Shown here in pieces: positions 1-13,448 of a stretch of 64,000 bases of DNA. The position numbers were made by a program, and so were the translations under genes. Below the pieces are notes generated by a model. It ran no database searches, was not told where the DNA came from, and saw nothing but the letters and a program-made list of their open reading frames with translations. This stretch comes from Eimeria praecox (taxonomy: Eukaryota), in the NCBI GenBank assembly GCA_963920595.1, contig OY986946.1, positions 4,092,001 to 4,156,000 of the forward strand, given 5' to 3'. Positions within the stretch are counted from its first letter, which is position 1, and each line of letters opens with the position of its first letter.

Positions 1-3000
1 CTACTAAACGTACGAGTTCTTCAAAAGCATCTAACCTTCCATCCAGTCTCCAATCATCCTGGTTACAGCTGGGAAAAGCCTCAGAGCTAGTGAGGATGGG
101 AGGCTGTAGCATTGCCTGCCATCGGCTGGACAATGTATGCCTACCTAAAAGGCTTTAATCTGCCTGAAGTTGGTAGATGCATTTTCAGTTGGGCACAGAC
201 TGCCTGCTGAGGGCAAAGTAAACATTTGTGTTCTGTCTAGAGTGGTGCAGCATGGCTTATCTCATGTTCGAATACACATTGCTACTTGCAGCCTACTAAG
301 GGGCAACAGGGTGTTAACATCAGGCAGTGCAAAAGGCTAAGACGTTAACTCATACAGTAAAAGAGAGATTGGAAGTGGACTCACGGGAGCTGCCCTGCAG
401 CATTAGTTAGCGCAAAGCGCGTCGTAGCTCACTGTAGGCTGGCCCTTGCTCCCACTAGTCCCCGGCCCTTGGGAAGCCGAGCCTAGGAAGCCTGGAGGCA
501 ACAGTGGAGGCCCATTGCTTTGGGGAGCTCTATAATTAGGGTCCCGGCTCTAGTGCTCTATTGGAGCTCGCAGCACTCCTCAGCTAGGATTGAGGACCCT
601 CGTTACATGGAAGCTCCGCGTGATGGTTATACCAAGGCAAACGTGTCACATTTCCGTAGCACATTCAGAGGACACAAGGCTTCCGGCATCCGACGCTATG
701 CAAGCTTACTCTCAGGTCGGCAAAGGAATGGACTGGCAGAAATGAGAAATCCTAATCCAAGGAAGGTGCTGCTAGAGCGCTACACCGAGAAACATCAGTC
801 CTTGATGAACAAAAGCCCAGCGGAGGAGTCAGAACTTCTATATCAACGATTCAAAGCAGGGCTATCCCGAGGAGCGAGAAAATCGGAAAGGAACTGAGCA
901 GTGGATAGCGAAGTAAGGGGTGAAAGTGTATAGCTTAGCAAGCATGCCCGCTTCATCCCTTGCTCGACTTCAGTTACAGCACGATAGGCCCAATCAATTA
1001 TTAGTCACTTCTGCAATCTCAATGATTTTTCGAAAAACTACTGGCAGGAACCAGAAATTCGTCGGCGCCTTCTGGCGCAAATCTATGAAGCGGCTTCATG
1101 CTGATCATAGCATGACCACCGTTGAACACCTTTATAAAGACAGTCACACTGAACGTATCAGTCTCACGCTTGTGCAGTATTTGACACTCTATGCTCAGCA
1201 GAAATTATATAGCATCACGATTTCCTTTCCTGAGCAGCAGAAAACGTTTATAATGCATCAGTATACTCTTCGACTTGTTGCTTTCCAGCTTCATACTCGG
1301 CACTAGACCTGGCTGTTAGAAGCAGGCCCCATAAGATCGCAGCTTTCGACATTTACACCCAGCTTGCGGCGCCACCGTAATGCACGAGGAAGACGCAACA
1401 GCGCACAAGACTACGCCCAGCCCCCCGTGAAAAAGGGTACCGGCGCCAGAAGAATATATGGCTAACGACACTTAGCAGCAACACTCGCACAAGTTGGATT
1501 CGTTCTAGTGATTTCGGAAGCTTTTTGTAAGGCGTTGGTGAAAGATCCGCACAAGAAGTTCGCCACTTGTTGTGCAGGGCCCTTTACTGTTCGTCCCTGG
1601 GCTAACGCGTTGATGTGCATCGTGACTTGACCACCACATGGAGATGCCATCATAGCATCCATCTTAGCTGTCACAAACGATTTAGGGAAGCACGAAAAAA
1701 GAACTTCCCGAACTCCTAAAGCAGAGCGGCAGCAACGTCAGTGCGAGAAGGAACAACAGGAGGCAAACGAGGTCCTGGACACCGATATGTGACGACAAAA
1801 AAGACCACAGATAACGAGGATACAGCGGTAAATAGCCAGGCGATCGGCAGTTTAAATAGGTTCCAGAGGATCGCTTGTGCAATGCATATCTTGTGGGGCA
1901 CCTACGTGTCTTTCTCGCTTCAGCGACGACTGCTGGCGTGAATACATGCAGCGCAGCTTAAGTGGGCATTGGGGCATTGTGCTTCTCCGTTCGGTGGCTG
2001 TCATTCTGTCGTAGGTAAAACCGTGCACATCCCTACTTACATGCCTATCTGTATACCTGCTATTCAGCTATGAGCTTTGCTCACCAATGACTAGTTATGG
2101 CTACCCAGGCGCAACAGCCGACAATATTTCATTTTTTTCAGATGTTTGGGCTGGCCCCCTTCCTCTGGGGCAGGCCGATCGCTGCCCATGCCATTTTAGT
2201 AGGGGCATCCGCACCACAAACAGCTCCCAAGCAAATTAAGCGGGCCGTTCTTGAGCAATGGCCACGCCTCTGAGCGAGTCTCTAGCCACCAGCAGCTGAT
2301 TGGCAGCGGCAGCGGCATGATGAAGCTTCATCCACAGATGCCTGCCCCCTTTGGCTTTTGTTATTTCCACCCTATTTGGTTCTGCTGGATGACTGGGTGC
2401 ATGAGGGTATCTGGTGGGGAGGGGGCTCAGATCTAGCATACTCTGCGAGCCATTGGTATTCATAGCTCTACTTGCTCGCAGCGTGGCTGTGCAGGGATAA
2501 GTAGCGCTTAACGACCCCCCAATACAGTGGCCTGCAATAGCACATGGAGAAAAAGAGGTTTAGTTGTGCGTACACGGGGAGCTGCGTTGGAGCAAGGCGC
2601 GTTCAAACTCGTGGCAAGCCGGTCCAGTCATCGTCATCTAGGACTCATGCATGTGGGAGGGAAGGCTAGCTGCTTTTCGTACATTCTTTGTCCAAGTTCT
2701 TGACCTTTGCAGCAGCTCTAGACAGTCTACAGCTAAGATGAGCTCTGTATCGGCAATTTTCTCTCACGGTGGTCTTCGGAGAAGATGGAGGGCTTTTGCA
2801 GCCAAGGACCTCGATCTTACCCGAGGAACGCCGCCAGCTGCAATAAGGTCAAACAATTGAAAATAGAGATCACAAAAACAACATGCCTGCACTCCCCCCT
2901 CTAGGCGTTCTGGACACACCGGTTCAAGAGCATGCGACTGGCGGGGAGAGGATAAGGCCTTCCTGCGCATCTGCGCATCTCGCTGTAACTAACGATGCAA

Positions 3001-4054
3001 AGTACCGGCGCATGGACGTGCAAGGAGTCCCCCTTTTGCTGCATGCGCTAATATTGTATACTGTAGTGTAGTCAATTTTCAGGCATTTACTTGGCCTTCC
3101 ATAGCCAGCCTGCTAGTAACCAAACCAATACCAGCACCACCGGGGAAGACTATGGTGAAATGCTGCTTACACGAACAACGTCCAGAACTGTTAGGTGTCC
3201 AGTTGGCTTCCATTAGCCAACACACGCAAAAGGATGGATGCATAAACCCACTTCTGACGAACCCTCCAGCATGCCCACAAACTGTAGCCTATATAACTAC
3301 GTTTGACCGGCCCGGCTACCAGCCACGATTTGCAGCATATGCGTAGTAGTTACTTGGTCAGCTGACTTTGATACGGAAGGCAAGCTCACAGTTAAGTAGC
3401 AAAATTAGTATAAATGCAGTGTGTATGAGGCTCCACACACCGTCAGCAGTCGAGGCCCCGCGCAGTGAACGTGATACGTAACGAGTAACTGCTCACGTAC
3501 TGCCTCAACGGGTACAAACATAGGTGCCAGGTACAGCCCATCCTTGATCTAACTGAGAGCCTTTATAAAGTCAAAAAACATCAGTTGACGAACTCAGAAG
3601 CTCTCAACTTAACGAACTAAACTGCTCAGCCGAGCGTGTTGCCTGGGTATTTGTTCAGGGCCCCCCCTAGCCGTATGGGAATCCCACCTATGCCGTATTA
3701 TTATTTGGCATCGTTATTGCCCTAACATATCTTTCTATTAATACTTTTTGTGTTTTCACTGAGGTACAAGCCTATCTTATTGTTCTGCAATACACCACAA
3801 GGCCGGCACACTCATTCGCGGCCGACAGAAGGGCGAAGCAGTAGTAGCTGCTGCAGTAGCTGGGACAACAGCAGCGAAGACCCATTCTCGTCTAATGCTT
3901 CCAGGTATGAAGTCCGAGCTATTAGCTATGCCAGACGAGGGGCCGGATCCAACGGGCGAAGCACGGATAGAAGGAAACCCCGGAACAGTAAAGGGCAGAT
4001 AGACAGCTAGCTTCTCCAGGAGGGGCTTTTCCCGAAGGAAAGCGCTGCAGATCA

Positions 4055-7000
4055 ATGGAGGAGAAGGTGCAACAAGAGCAAGGGGAACAACGGCAGCTGG
4101 GTCAGCAGCAGCTGGGGCAGCTACAGCAGCAACTTCAGAGTCTCGGGGAGCTGCAAGGAAGCTGCTCTGTCCCAGCACAACTATCTGAATCTTCTCGCTC
4201 TGATGCATGCGCAGCTCCTACTGATGGCTCCTCTTCCGAATGCACCACAGACACTACATCACACAGCCTGCGCAGCGGGACCCTGCTGTTCTGGGCGGCT
4301 TCTGGGACAGCAACAGCTACCACAGCTGTGTCAGAGCCTCTTTCGTGTCAGCAAGAAGGTCTAGGGGAGCGGAGTGAGGAAGGAGGGACTTGCTACAATG
4401 CGGCTCCCACTTGCCGAATCACAGTGGGATCGGGCTCGGCTTTGGGCTTCCGCGCGGTTCTGCAGCAGCATTTTCTGCAACGGCAGCAACGACGTATAGG
4501 TGCAAATACTTCAACACTTATGCGTCATATTCTGCTGGCTGAAGAGGAGCGGGCTGCGTTCTTCTCGCCCGATCGGCTTCCGCTGCTGCTTTGCCTATGC
4601 TCAAGCAGCATTTCACCAGTGCAGCAGCAGCAGCGACCAGCTCTGAACGTGTTGCGGCAGAAACTCCCGCCTAGCGGGGACACCAGCGGTGCTTCGGCAT
4701 CCATGGCCATCATTGAAGGGGAGCCAGTGGCCAAACCGACTCGAGTAGCAGCGGCTATGGGCGCGAAAGTACCTGACGGTTGCCTCCTGTTGTCTGTTCT
4801 GTGGGCAGCCGCGTCGTGGTTCTCTCGGCTGACAGACCCACTGCCAGTGTCGGCTGCGGCTGCTGCTGCTGATCTGGGCCTGTGCAGCACCACTTCTGCA
4901 AGAGCGAGGGCTCTAGTAGCCGCAGACCTCTCTGCTGCCGCTGCAGCTGCAGCTCTAGTTGGTGGGATTCCTGCGCTGCAACAAAGCGCTAGAGCCCCTG
5001 CATCGTCAGCAGTTGCTGCAGCTACTTTCCTTCGCGGAGGCATCTGTGTCCGTCTCGCTGCATTAAGAGCTCTAGCTTACTGGTGTTGCTGCTGCACCTT
5101 AGCGAAACAGGAAGCCACGCAGAACGTGCAGCGCAACCGCATGCGGCAACAGCAACGGCAGCAGCTGCCACTTCACGCAGGCCCGCGCAACAACAGCTCA
5201 GACACGAAACAGCAAAGCAGCAGCAGCAGCAGCAGTAGCATAGCTCTTTTGAGTCAGCTACAGCAAGCGTGTCGAGAATCATTCGCGCAGTTGCTGGTGC
5301 AGCAGCAAGATGCGCAGCAGCAGCTGGCAGAGAGACAAGGCATTGAAATGGAGTCCGCTTGCGCTTTGAGGGAGAAACAAGAGCAGGCGTTGAAGGCAGC
5401 AATTGATGCTCGCTGCTTGTCAGATCAAGATTCAGGAGATGCAAAGGACCCAGCAGCAGTTGCTGTTGCTGCTGCCGCTCTTGAAGCGTGTGAAAGGGAC
5501 TTGCAGGAGCTAGTGCAGCAGCACTTGAGTGAGTGTGAACTGCTAGAGAGACACTGGATACATGAACAGCAACTACTGCGAGAGCAGCAGCTGCAAATGT
5601 TCAAGAACGTAGCGGCAGATCTCTACCTGCTGCAGCACGGTTCTAATGCTGCGTATGGGGCAGCGTGCCAAGAACTGGTGCTACCACCGCTTCCTTCTGC
5701 CGATGAAACTGAAAGGTGGGCGTTTAGCTGGAAGCAGCAGCAACAAGAGCAACGCCAGCAGGAGCAACTGCTGCAGGGTCAACAACAACAGGCGGCCTGG
5801 CGGCAGGTGGGAGTAGCTGCGCGTCAGCTCTTTAGAAGACGCAGCGGTTGCCCTAGCCAGGAGGGAGACTCTCTTTATGATGCCAGTAACTGCAGTCATT
5901 ATATTTCTGCTACTGCTGGCTCAGCAGCGGCAGCAAAGGAGGAGCGCCTGAGGAGCTCAGGCTCAGCAGCAACTCCTTCAGGATCAGCAGCAGCCTCTGC
6001 TGCTGCTATCAGTGCACTCATGGGCGCATCAGCTGCTGTGCAGAACAACCTGCACCAGCAACAACAGCAAAACCAACAGGCAGCATTTACCGCTTGTAAG
6101 GAAGACAACTCCGCACAAAGCGGGTCAACCCGGCTCCAACAAACAGTACAGCAGAAGCAACAACCACAACAGCAGAAGCACCACGCGCCTCCGGGTTCCG
6201 CTTCTGCGAGTGCGGCTCACTCTCAGCTCCGCATGCAGCACCAGAGGCAGCTCGCAGTAGCAGCTGCTGTTCACCAAGGGCCGGTCTTTGACATGCCTCG
6301 CTTGCTGCAGGGCATAGCCGCTGGTGCGAAGCAGCCACAGCAGCGCTGCGCTTCACGGCTTCCGCAGCAGCACCAGCCTCGACAGCTGGGAGGGGTGCAG
6401 GAACATGCAGAGGTACGGCTTATGTTCGGGGCTCAGCAGCGACGGGCACTCTGGTTGCATGTCTGCACAGGCCTCACGGCGGAGTTCTTCCCCTCTAATG
6501 CTCCTGCTTCTGCAGAGCAGCAAAACCAGCAGCAGCAGGGGGGCATGAATGTTTCGTGTGCTGGTAAGTGGCTGTCGTTGTTAGGACAAGGGGCGACTGC
6601 CTTTGCGGAGGAGCCACTTGCGGACTGGCCTGGGGGTTTATCTTCCTATTGCTACAAAGACGTGCGGCATATGCGAGGCAACAACAACCTTTCGTGCTTA
6701 ATTGGCAGCAGCGGAAGGCTGAGTTGTGGGGAGCCTCTGAGCTGGCCGGAGCACGACGGTCCTTCTGAAGATCTGTTTGCCGCCCTCAAAAGCGGGCCCC
6801 GAGCGTCTCTTTCGGGGGCTGTCCTGCCTACTGGGGGGGCCATGCAAGAAAGTTTTGCATGCATTAAGGCGGGAAACGAGACTCCAGATCTACTACTGCC
6901 TTCTCTGGAGGAGCAGCGGCGTCTGCTGCGCACGGCTATTCATGCAGTGAGGTGCAACACCGACTGCCTCTGCAGCAAGCAGAGGCTGCTGCTGCAACAA

Positions 7001-7561
7001 GGAGAAGTGTTTGTCTCGCGCCATGCCGCCAGGCTGCGTCCGCAAATCTGCTTCCACATAGCGGTTGCTTCGACAGGACTGAGTCATGAAGGATCACAAT
7101 CGTCGAGCCCTTCGGCAGCAGCCCAGTCAGCGGAAGCATTGGAGGAAAACGACAACAACAAAAGGAAGAGCAGCGCTGGGGATGACCTTGATTCCCTATG
7201 CGCGCCTGTTTGCGAGGGGCTACGGCAGATACTCCGATTATGTGAAAAGCATGCAGTTGGTGCGCTGCTGCTGCCTGCACTGTTGCTCGAGACAGAAGCC
7301 TCCGCCAGCTGCCTGCCATTTGCCCTACTACAGCGGAGAATGCTGGCTGTGCTTCGGTGCGTTGTCGCCGAGCTCCGAGCCATTGCGCTTTCTCCAGTCA
7401 GCAGCAGTTGCTGCTCATCAGATGCGTCCGTTGGCCGTTTGAGGCACCTCGTGCTGCTGTTACCTCCCATACAACAGCAGCAGCAGGAAGGATCTGAACA
7501 GATGAACCTTCTGGTTCAGGCGGCTGTGAACTTTCTAAGAAACTCTGCGTGCTGCTGCTAA
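4055..7561 (+). CDS. FERRY3/C12orf4 (DUF2362)-like protein, 1168-aa ORF with Q/A/S homopolymer insertions; true start or small introns uncertain
   Basis: Long uninterrupted ORF. Motifs resemble C12orf4 as recalled: LVQQHLSECELLERHWIHEQQLLREQQ, EVRLMFGAQ, QGEVFVSRH...ICFHIAV, GLRQILRLCEKHAVGALLLPALLL, RRMLAVLRCV. Confidence 0.7.
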   Translation: MEEKVQQEQGEQRQLGQQQLGQLQQQLQSLGELQGSCSVPAQLSESSRSDACAAPTDGSSSECTTDTTSHSLRSGTLLFWAASGTATATTAVSEPLSCQQEGLGERSEEGGTCYNAAPTCRITVGSGSALGFRAVLQQHFLQRQQRRIGANTSTLMRHILLAEEERAAFFSPDRLPLLLCLCSSSISPVQQQQRPALNVLRQKLPPSGDTSGASASMAIIEGEPVAKPTRVAAAMGAKVPDGCLLLSVLWAAASWFSRLTDPLPVSAAAAAADLGLCSTTSARARALVAADLSAAAAAAALVGGIPALQQSARAPASSAVAAATFLRGGICVRLAALRALAYWCCCCTLAKQEATQNVQRNRMRQQQRQQLPLHAGPRNNSSDTKQQSSSSSSSSIALLSQLQQACRESFAQLLVQQQDAQQQLAERQGIEMESACALREKQEQALKAAIDARCLSDQDSGDAKDPAAVAVAAAALEACERDLQELVQQHLSECELLERHWIHEQQLLREQQLQMFKNVAADLYLLQHGSNAAYGAACQELVLPPLPSADETERWAFSWKQQQQEQRQQEQLLQGQQQQAAWRQVGVAARQLFRRRSGCPSQEGDSLYDASNCSHYISATAGSAAAAKEERLRSSGSAATPSGSAAASAAAISALMGASAAVQNNLHQQQQQNQQAAFTACKEDNSAQSGSTRLQQTVQQKQQPQQQKHHAPPGSASASAAHSQLRMQHQRQLAVAAAVHQGPVFDMPRLLQGIAAGAKQPQQRCASRLPQQHQPRQLGGVQEHAEVRLMFGAQQRRALWLHVCTGLTAEFFPSNAPASAEQQNQQQQGGMNVSCAGKWLSLLGQGATAFAEEPLADWPGGLSSYCYKDVRHMRGNNNLSCLIGSSGRLSCGEPLSWPEHDGPSEDLFAALKSGPRASLSGAVLPTGGAMQESFACIKAGNETPDLLLPSLEEQRRLLRTAIHAVRCNTDCLCSKQRLLLQQGEVFVSRHAARLRPQICFHIAVASTGLSHEGSQSSSPSAAAQSAEALEENDNNKRKSSAGDDLDSLCAPVCEGLRQILRLCEKHAVGALLLPALLLETEASASCLPFALLQRRMLAVLRCVVAELRAIALSPVSSSCCSSDASVGRLRHLVLLLPPIQQQQQEGSEQMNLLVQAAVNFLRNSACCC

Positions 7562-9055
7562 TATTTTGCAGTTTTCCCGCCGTGTTTGAATACTGGGTAG
7601 TTTAAGGCGTGGCAACCTCATGAAATGCAGGGCAGTTTTTGCGAAGATATATCGCACAGTTAAGAAGCAATATTTTGCCAAGATAATTTGGAACCAGTTT
7701 GGCAGGCCTGTACTATAGTATCACACATTTTCCTCCTAGACACGCATGCAGCCTATGCAGCTTACCTCAAGAGAGGGTAAATCCCTCTAGCACAACATGT
7801 GGCATGCATAAGGCATGCAGTTCTTGAACCGCACTAATGAAGACGGTTTGTTATTCGGCCTTCGGCATGGCTGCAGCACGCATACCTTGCCGTACGTGCA
7901 TCGTTCTTTCTCTGTTCTCTGTGCTTTGCAGAGCTTAATTGGCGACTGTACAATGCGTATGGGGGGCTGTGCTGTGGCATCTCACAAGTGCCATATATCC
8001 AAGGCAAATGAGTGTTTGGACGGTTGTGGAAAGACTAGCTCATTTGTTTGGCAGCTTACACCCACAAGGTTGCACATAGAATGCAAACTTTGAGCAGTAA
8101 TGCCAACAACCCATGCGTCACACGACAAGCATGCCAACTCCCCTTTAAAAAGCTATTACACACTCGCTGAGGCAGGTATAGCACTGTTTCTGGCTCTCAT
8201 AATTAAAGTATGCCTCCTTTCTGAACCTGAACGGAAACGCCCCAGTTTTCTTGCTTCCGACTAAAATCAGCTGTGGCGGAGTTATTGGCAGAGAAGTAGC
8301 TGTTAGTCCCGTACAGAGGAAGGATAGACTGAAATAAAGTGCAAGACACAATAAAAGCTAAAGTGGAGTTCTTATGCGGTTTTATAATGGGGGAATGATT
8401 CGATATCCGCAGACATGAAGTGCGGAGGAACGCCACGTGTCATGACCGACTCGAACCCCGGGCGTAGGCTGCAACGGGAATCCCAGAAGAAAATACCATC
8501 GCCTAACACATTTTCATTTTTTGCATTGAACGCGTCATAATTATTCTGGTTTCTTGAATTTTTAGAGAAATGTATCCCTTCTCTGCACCCACTGCTTCTT
8601 GGCGTTTGAAGACTTAGTGTGTGGCTCAGTCGAAGCATCGCGAGCCGCGCCCCCCCAAGTTTACTCGCAGTGAGGGAAGAGGATTAAGTTTGTCTGCATG
8701 GATAGATGACACTTCATGTGTCTGGAAGAGCAAATGCAGTCACAAGCCCGTTGCTGCGCCGGGCTTCGCAATACTACAGCTTTCGTCGCCTGTACCTTCC
8801 TGCCCCGCCACCTTTGCAGGTTTCTCTATGCGTTACATGAGCCATAGGCAAATCCTCTGTGAACCCAGCGCCACAGCATCGGCGACACTCGACCGACGAA
8901 GAGGCACCTGGAACTCCAAGGAAGAGTGTCTGCCGCCATGAAGCTCCCAGAATAGCCACAGCCGCTCTGGCAGCAGTGTCAGATGGAAGTATTCAGACTA
9001 TTTTAGCTCAGATCCCCTTATGCCAGCGCCCCCCACACCGTAGAGCAATGTCTTC

Positions 9056-12000
9056 ATGCTCAGACAAGAGCGCCGCAACAGCGTGCAAACCCCCGCAAGT
9101 AAAGTTTGTTTTAACCCTGCCAGCACCTCACGCTGCCCAAAGCATTCCATTATAGATGAATATCTTAGGGAAATGGGCGAAGAAAGAGCAGCGTCGCAGA
9201 ATGGTGCGAATTCCAGCAGCAAAATCATGGTGGGTATTCCTCCTGCGATTGTCTGTACCCCTCAGGTGGAAGACACAACCGGGACAGCGCAGTACTGGGA
9301 TTTGGTGCACGCAAGGGGCCGCGTTGCATACTTTATTTCAACTCGGTCTTTGCAAAAGGTGCTGAAGCCCATCTTGAAGCTAGGAGCATATGATGCAGCA
9401 GCTCAGGTGCTGCTAGAAGACGCTCATGCTGCTGCTCTAGCGACTCATGAGCCTTGCAATGAACCCAGGCAGCAACAGAAGCAGCAGCAAGGGCGGCGGC
9501 GTGTTGCACGTCCGCTTGCTCCCTTATCGCACACCCTTTTAGAGTTGATGTGTGGTTCTCGTCCAACCCACGTAAGGCCTCGTCCCTCTGTCTGTCCTCT
9601 TTTCCCCGCATGGCTCTTACATGGCTAGTAGAGGCAGTAGGAGTAGAGGGTCTAGGATGTGGTGATACCGTTGTGCTATCGTCACTCAGGTGCGGTTGCT
9701 CCAGAGTGGCGCGGTGGCCACCTATGTGGGGATCGACGCCTCCCAGCGGGCGCTGCATCTTGCCCGAGAGGCTTGCAGGCGACAACTCTGCACGGAAGAG
9801 CCATCGCCCGCAGCAGGAAGTGCTGCAGAAGCAGTTGCAGGAATGCCTGCAGCAAGACCTCGAGCAAGAACCGCGGGTTGTGTGCACGAGGACATGGGGA
9901 GCTGCATATTGCTGCGTCATGATTGCCGCATGTTAAGTGAGGAGCTGCCTTTGCTGCAGTCGAGATTTGTTTTGCTGGTCGCAGGGCTCGATGACATCAT
10001 AGCCCGCAGCACTACAGACAACACAGACGCTCGGGGGCCCTGCGACGAGGCCCTTCTCCAGGTGCTTCACTCCGCTGCATACGCGCTGCCTGTGGGCGGT
10101 ACTTTGTTGTTGATAGAGCCCACGTAAGCCTCTCATTCGTTGTTCGGGGGAGCTGTGAAATTGTTGAGCTGCTCCTACTTCACATAGTGCCTGTGCCAGT
10201 CTGTGTTTTGCTGCTCCTTGGTGAGCCCTTCTTGGCCGTCGTAGCAACCATTAGAAATTGCGGGAGTGTGCATGCACGCATTTCCCCCCTATCTATCTTT
10301 CTCTCTGTCTGCCTGCAACAGGAAGCACTTCCCAGAGCTGCTGCTTAGCCTATACAAGGCTTTGCAGCATCCGGTGCTTTGCTGCCGTCTGCTGCTGTGC
10401 GAGGCAGCTGAACTCGTGGGGCCCTCGCGAGATGTTCTCCTGCTGCGGCTGCGAAGACACACCGACGCCTCAGAGTGTATGCGGGCTCTTGAACATTTCC
10501 ATGCTACTGATGTTGCCAGGTAGATAGGAATGGACATTTCTGCTCTTACGTTTTATATTCCGCTCAGTTTCTGTTGTTTGGCGTGCCTCCGTGTCTAAGT
10601 GTTGGGAGGATATATCCCCCTCCAAAATTCTCCCTGTCTGCATCCCCTTCTGCCTACTCTATAAATCTTTCCGGTCTTCCTCCGTTGTTGTTCTCTTGTT
10701 GAACTAAGCGTGAATAGGCGTTTGACAGTCTCATCATTGCGAGAATGTGCCTCTGCGCATCTCTTGGCTGGCTGCCTGGCTATTAGCCTCCCTTCTGTCT
10801 TTCTTATTCCATAGGGCTTATGCATGCTGCCTTTCTCCTTTCTTCTGGCTGTGGCATGCTCCCTACCAGGGGCCGCCCCCTCTCACAAGGGGCGTCGTTT
10901 CCGCCACTGGCATCGTCCACCTTGGGAGATGCTCCTGCGGGGTGCTTTAGTGCGTATCTTTAACTATGCGAATATGACTGGTCCCCTCCTCGCTCTGTTC
11001 TGTATGCATATCGCCCTCACCAGGCTAGCAACAAGGAAGGCTTTTCGCCGCGGTCTCCAAGAAGCCCTTGAGGCCCCGCAGGCAGTGCAGCATGCGATGC
11101 CTCTGTGCTACCGTCTTTCTCTAGTCCAGCAGGCAGAAGAGATGGCGTTCCTTCTTTGTCAGGTTCGCGAGGGCGTTAACGGGGTCTCACGCGTGTGCGC
11201 TTCGGTTCTTTTAGTAGCTGGCGGATTGCTATGAATGCTGCTCCGTACTTGTGTGTGTTCCTCCCTTTCTGTGGGGAGAGGGAGCCGCTGCGCTGTCGGC
11301 TCTCTCCTCACCTTTAGGAGGATAGAGCCCCAGTACATGAAACGGAACAAGAGGGACGAGCCCCATGGCTAGGTAATTGCACAACGCTTCTCCTTTTTTC
11401 TTCAGGCCTGCAGGAAAGGCGATTTTCTCGCTACAACAAAGCTTCTGGCGTTGGGTGCAGAAGTAAACTGCAGCGGCAACAACACTACTCCGCTGAACGC
11501 AGCTGTCGCTGCCGGAGCCCCCCAGTTGGTAGACTTGCTGATTCGCCATGGAGCAAAGCCAACGGGGGGGCCATACGGGGATCCTCTCTCCATAGCTGCA
11601 GAGACGCTGCTACAGGAGGCTATTACTGCTGGCTTGTCTCTTCCTGAGGACTTGAAGTGTGTAGGCAACAATAGCGCGGGCAAAAAGCCCACTGCGGCAG
11701 CTGGGAAGACACTTGCGATGCAGCAGTCACTCCTCAGAAGTATCACTGTCCTCTCGTGGGTGGAGGGGGAAATGTCCGCACTCATGGGGGGGCCCTCCTG
11801 CGGCTGCTGTTGCGGCAAGAAAGACGATTTCTTACAGACAGCAGCGGGAGTCCCGCCTGTCCCATCCCTAATTTGGCCCTTTGGAGACCCGCTAGAAGTA
11901 TGTCCCTTCAGCTGCTGCTGCGGTTGCTGCTACTAGTGTTACTGCCACTGGTGCTGCTGAAAGCGTTGCACTTCACAGCATCCGCTTCGCGCTGTGCTAG

Positions 12001-12148
12001 CGTACCAGTGGGTGCTGCTGCGTCTAGCTGTGAATGTTGCTCTTGCTGCTGCATCTACCTTCACTGCCTACTCTGACTGTTGTTGCCGATGCTACAGGCA
12101 GTCTCTGAAGGATACCGGCTGGAGTTCACACACGCTGCAGTGCACTAG
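9056..12148 (+). CDS. Multi-exon class I SAM-dependent methyltransferase-like protein with C-terminal ankyrin repeats; 5' end uncertain
   Basis: Exon translations: AQYWDLVH, LLELMCGS (motif I-like), YVGIDASQRALHLAR, AGLDDII, ALPVGGTLLLIEP. Then ACRKGDFLATTKLLALGAEVN and TTPLNAAVAAGAPQLVDLLIRHGAKP (ankyrin-like). GT-AG introns; last exon AVSEGYRLEFTHAAVH* ends at 12148. Confidence 0.6.
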
Positions 12149-13448
12149 TGCAGCGCTCCCTGGAAGGCGCCGGCCCTCCCGGAACATTCGATGCAGCTGC
12201 TCCGTCGCCGGCTACTTTCGTGTAGCTACCACCGTAGGGTCAATAAACTAAACTGACCTGAATCCGCCCCAACAGCAACCACTTGATACCGAGTTGTATG
12301 AACATATGCGAACTAAAGAAATCAGGGCTCCACTAAAAATGGCAGGAGCCCCGCAACGTCAGAGCACACTGACAGCCTTGCGTTGTTGCCCTTCCGCCTG
12401 GCTACTGCGCTACTACCGCAGTACCTAACATTAATTGCTGCTGCTGCCGCAACCGAATGCCGATGCTCTTTGCTGCTACCTCCCCTTCACCCGCAGCCGT
12501 CTGGTCCTTAGTATCAGCAGCTGCTGTTGCATTCGCTGGTGCAGTACCCGCCAGCAAGTGCAAAAGCAGCTGCAGCAGCATCAGCCCCAGCGCCGGCCCT
12601 CTTGATGGGTTCGTGTTCGCTTCGGGAAGCCTTCCCGTGGCGGCATATCGCGTGTGCTGTTGCGCCTATGATAAAATCGGACATCGAAGCAAGCGGATGA
12701 ATACACAAAACGGTTTTGCTGGTGCAACAAATTCTGCTCCATATACTGCAGCAGACATTGCTGCTGTTTCTCTCTGCTGCTTCCGTTTGCGCAGCAGCAA
12801 CGGATCCCAATCTGCAGGTTCCTACACACCGCTCCAGAGAGGAAAGGCTCTCTCCTTCAGCTTCCGAAGCCCCAGTTTGTGTAGTAGCTCGTCTGCAATA
12901 CAACTGCTGCTGCGACAACTGGGAATGCTGCAAAAACTGCGTTGTTGCAGACACACCAGCAACAGCACCACCACATCTGCTACAGCGGCAGGTGCGTAGC
13001 TCCGCCTAAGGGGGCTCTCCCTTAAAGGAGCCCCTCACCAGATTGTCGAGTTGAACGTATTCGCCGTGAATGAGGGCCCCCCAGTCCCCGCCCATCCGCT
13101 GCGAGACAACGCACAAGGAACAGATGACGACGCGAATGGTGCGGCAGGAACAAGCGGGGTTTGTTCGAACACCAGCCCACGGTACAGCATAACGTACGCA
13201 TGCTCCGCATCTGGGGCTGGCATATGTTCACCAGCAACGAACGAAAAGAAAATACCACCATGCGGTGCCACAGCGAGAGCATGCAACTAAAAAAAGATTC
13301 CACCCCGTGGAAACGGGCAGGCGAACCGACACAGCGGGCTTAGACCGGCAAAGCAGCGCCGACGCAAATGACGGGCAGAGAGCGCCGCTTTCTTTAAGCT
13401 TGTAGGGGAAGCATGAGGCCGAGTGCATTGCAAGATGTGAACTACTAC

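Noticed and set aside
1..3700. Possible minus-strand multi-exon gene and ORFs 520-897 and 920-1306
   Set aside because: Some splice-like signals exist, but I could not build a consistent model or recognise a domain.
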